64,000 nt of DNA from Octopus sinensis (taxonomy: Eukaryota). Of this stretch, positions 62,593-64,000 are shown one piece after another (the first letter of the stretch is position 1; every line of letters starts with the position of its first letter). The DNA is taken from NCBI RefSeq assembly GCF_006345805.1, contig NC_043005.1, positions 49,600,001 to 49,664,000 of the forward strand, in the 5' to 3' direction. The translations under genes were made by a program, and so were the position numbers. The notes below the pieces were generated by a model, which did no database searches, was not told the origin of the DNA, and saw nothing but the letters and a program-made list of their open reading frames with translations.

Positions 62593-63842
62593 CTGTAAAT
62601 TAAAATAAATGAAACACAGGTAAAAAAAAAAGTGACACAAAATTTAAAACAAATTATACACAAAACATCAAATTCCCCCTACCCTCAAAAACTTCTGGCC
62701 CTGTGCCAAAATTTGAAACTTTTTATTATTTTTACTACAACTACTGTTATTATTATTATTATTAAGGCAGTGTGCTGGTAGAATTATTAGCATACTGGAC
62801 TATCCAAGTCCAGATGCTGCCAAGGTTGACTTTATCTTTCAACCTTTCGGGGTGGATGAAATAAGTACCAGTTATGTACTGGGACTGATGTAATTGACTA
62901 GCCCTCTCCCCTAAAATTTCAGGCTTTGTGCCTTTAGTACACCAGACAAAATGCTTAGCAGTGTTTCTTCTACCTTTACATTGCTGAGCTCAAACGCTAC
63001 CCAGGATGACTTTACTTTTCATCCTTTGGAATGAAGGGAAAATAAGTAGCAATTGAGCAATGTGGCCACGATATTCAATTAACTGCTTCCTCTAAAATTA
63101 CAAGCCTTGTTCCAAAATTTGAAACCATTATTGCTGTGATTATTATTATTATAAAGATTGTAAGCTAGTACAATCATTAGCACAGTGGACAAAATGATTA
63201 GCAGCATTTCATCTGTCTTGATGTTCTGAGTTCAAATGCCACCAAAGTTGACTTTGCCTTTCATCCTTTTGGGAATCAATGAAGTAAATACCAGTTGAAT
63301 CCTGGGGTTGATGTAATTGACCATCCTCCTCCCACAAAATTTCAAGCCTTGTGTCTTTAGTAGAAAGGATTATTATCATTACTACTACTACTACCACTAC
63401 TAAGGTGACAACTGGCAGAATCTTTAGTACACCAGATGAAACAGCATTTCTTCCAGCTTTATGTTCTGAGCTCCACTGCTGCTGAGGTTTACTTTGCTTT
63501 TCATAATTTTTTTTTTTGGGGGGGGGATGATAAAATAAATACCAGTTGAGCACTGGGGTCAATGTATTCAATTACCTCCACCCCACAAATATCTGGCCTT
63601 CTGCCAAAATTTGAAACTGTGACCCGCTGGTCTTTTGGACTGGTACACCAATGACAAATTACCTTGAATCTCTTTAGTAGTGTGGCCAGCCTGCTGACGA
63701 GCTATGTTTTAGGTAATCCACTTCCCAAAGAAGGTTGCCCGTGCCTAGACAATATGGTCGTTCAAGCTGCTAGAAATAACAGCCAACTCTACCTCAAACC
63801 ACATATGATGTTTATTAGACAGAAGTGAAACTCTTGACTTAC

Positions 63843-63949
63843 CTGAGATGCTAAACGGGTGCAAAAGAACTCAAATACACTGACGATATTTTTAGATGGG
63901 TTTGAGTGACATTTCTCAGGTGAAGTAATTTCAAGGTCCATGTAATCAG
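63843..63949 (-). CDS. IGF2R: CI-mannose-6-phosphate receptor-like exon (MRH/CIMR repeat, part)
   Basis: Minus strand ttccag acceptor and gtaagt donor; encodes DYMDLEITSPEKCHSNPSKNIVSVFEFFCTRLASQ, matching the C...I/F-x-F-x-C spacing of MRH repeats; the gene continues beyond the window. Confidence 0.85.
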
Positions 63950-64000
63950 CTGGAAATTATCGATAAACAAAGATTAAGTAGGATTGAACAATAACAATAA

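Overview
AT-rich, repeat-dense animal genomic DNA. The SINE/LINE families resemble octopus repeats, so a coleoid cephalopod origin is inferred. Two convergent spliced genes were reconstructed by hand. (1) + strand Rab32/38-family GTPase with five coding exons (7701-7826, 10037-10115, 13735-13916, 26227-26370, 29966-30079), ending SCCR*. Its start exon was not found. The first intron seen here is a U12-type (minor spliceosome) GT-AG intron with perfect consensus signals. (2) - strand cation-independent mannose-6-phosphate receptor-like gene, last five exons (63843-63949, 62507-62592, 60848-60982, 59500-59569, 55181-55282), encoding the final MRH repeat, TM helix, YINV motif and a C-terminal HDDSDEDMIL. 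The rest is mobile DNA: two Penelope-like elements (PLEs) with hammerhead ribozymes plus a third fossil hammerhead, RTE, R4/Dong, Gypsy and piggyBac remnants, hAT/piggyBac MITEs, Helitron-like elements, dozens of tRNA-derived SINEs and microsatellites. The most striking observation is the PLE at 55747-59482. It is one unit length but circularly permuted, with 8-nt terminal redundancy. It is preceded by an inverted 5'UTR copy that stops about 3 nt from the predicted ribozyme cleavage site, suggesting a circular or ribozyme-processed RNA template. Most ORFs in the supplied track are spurious.
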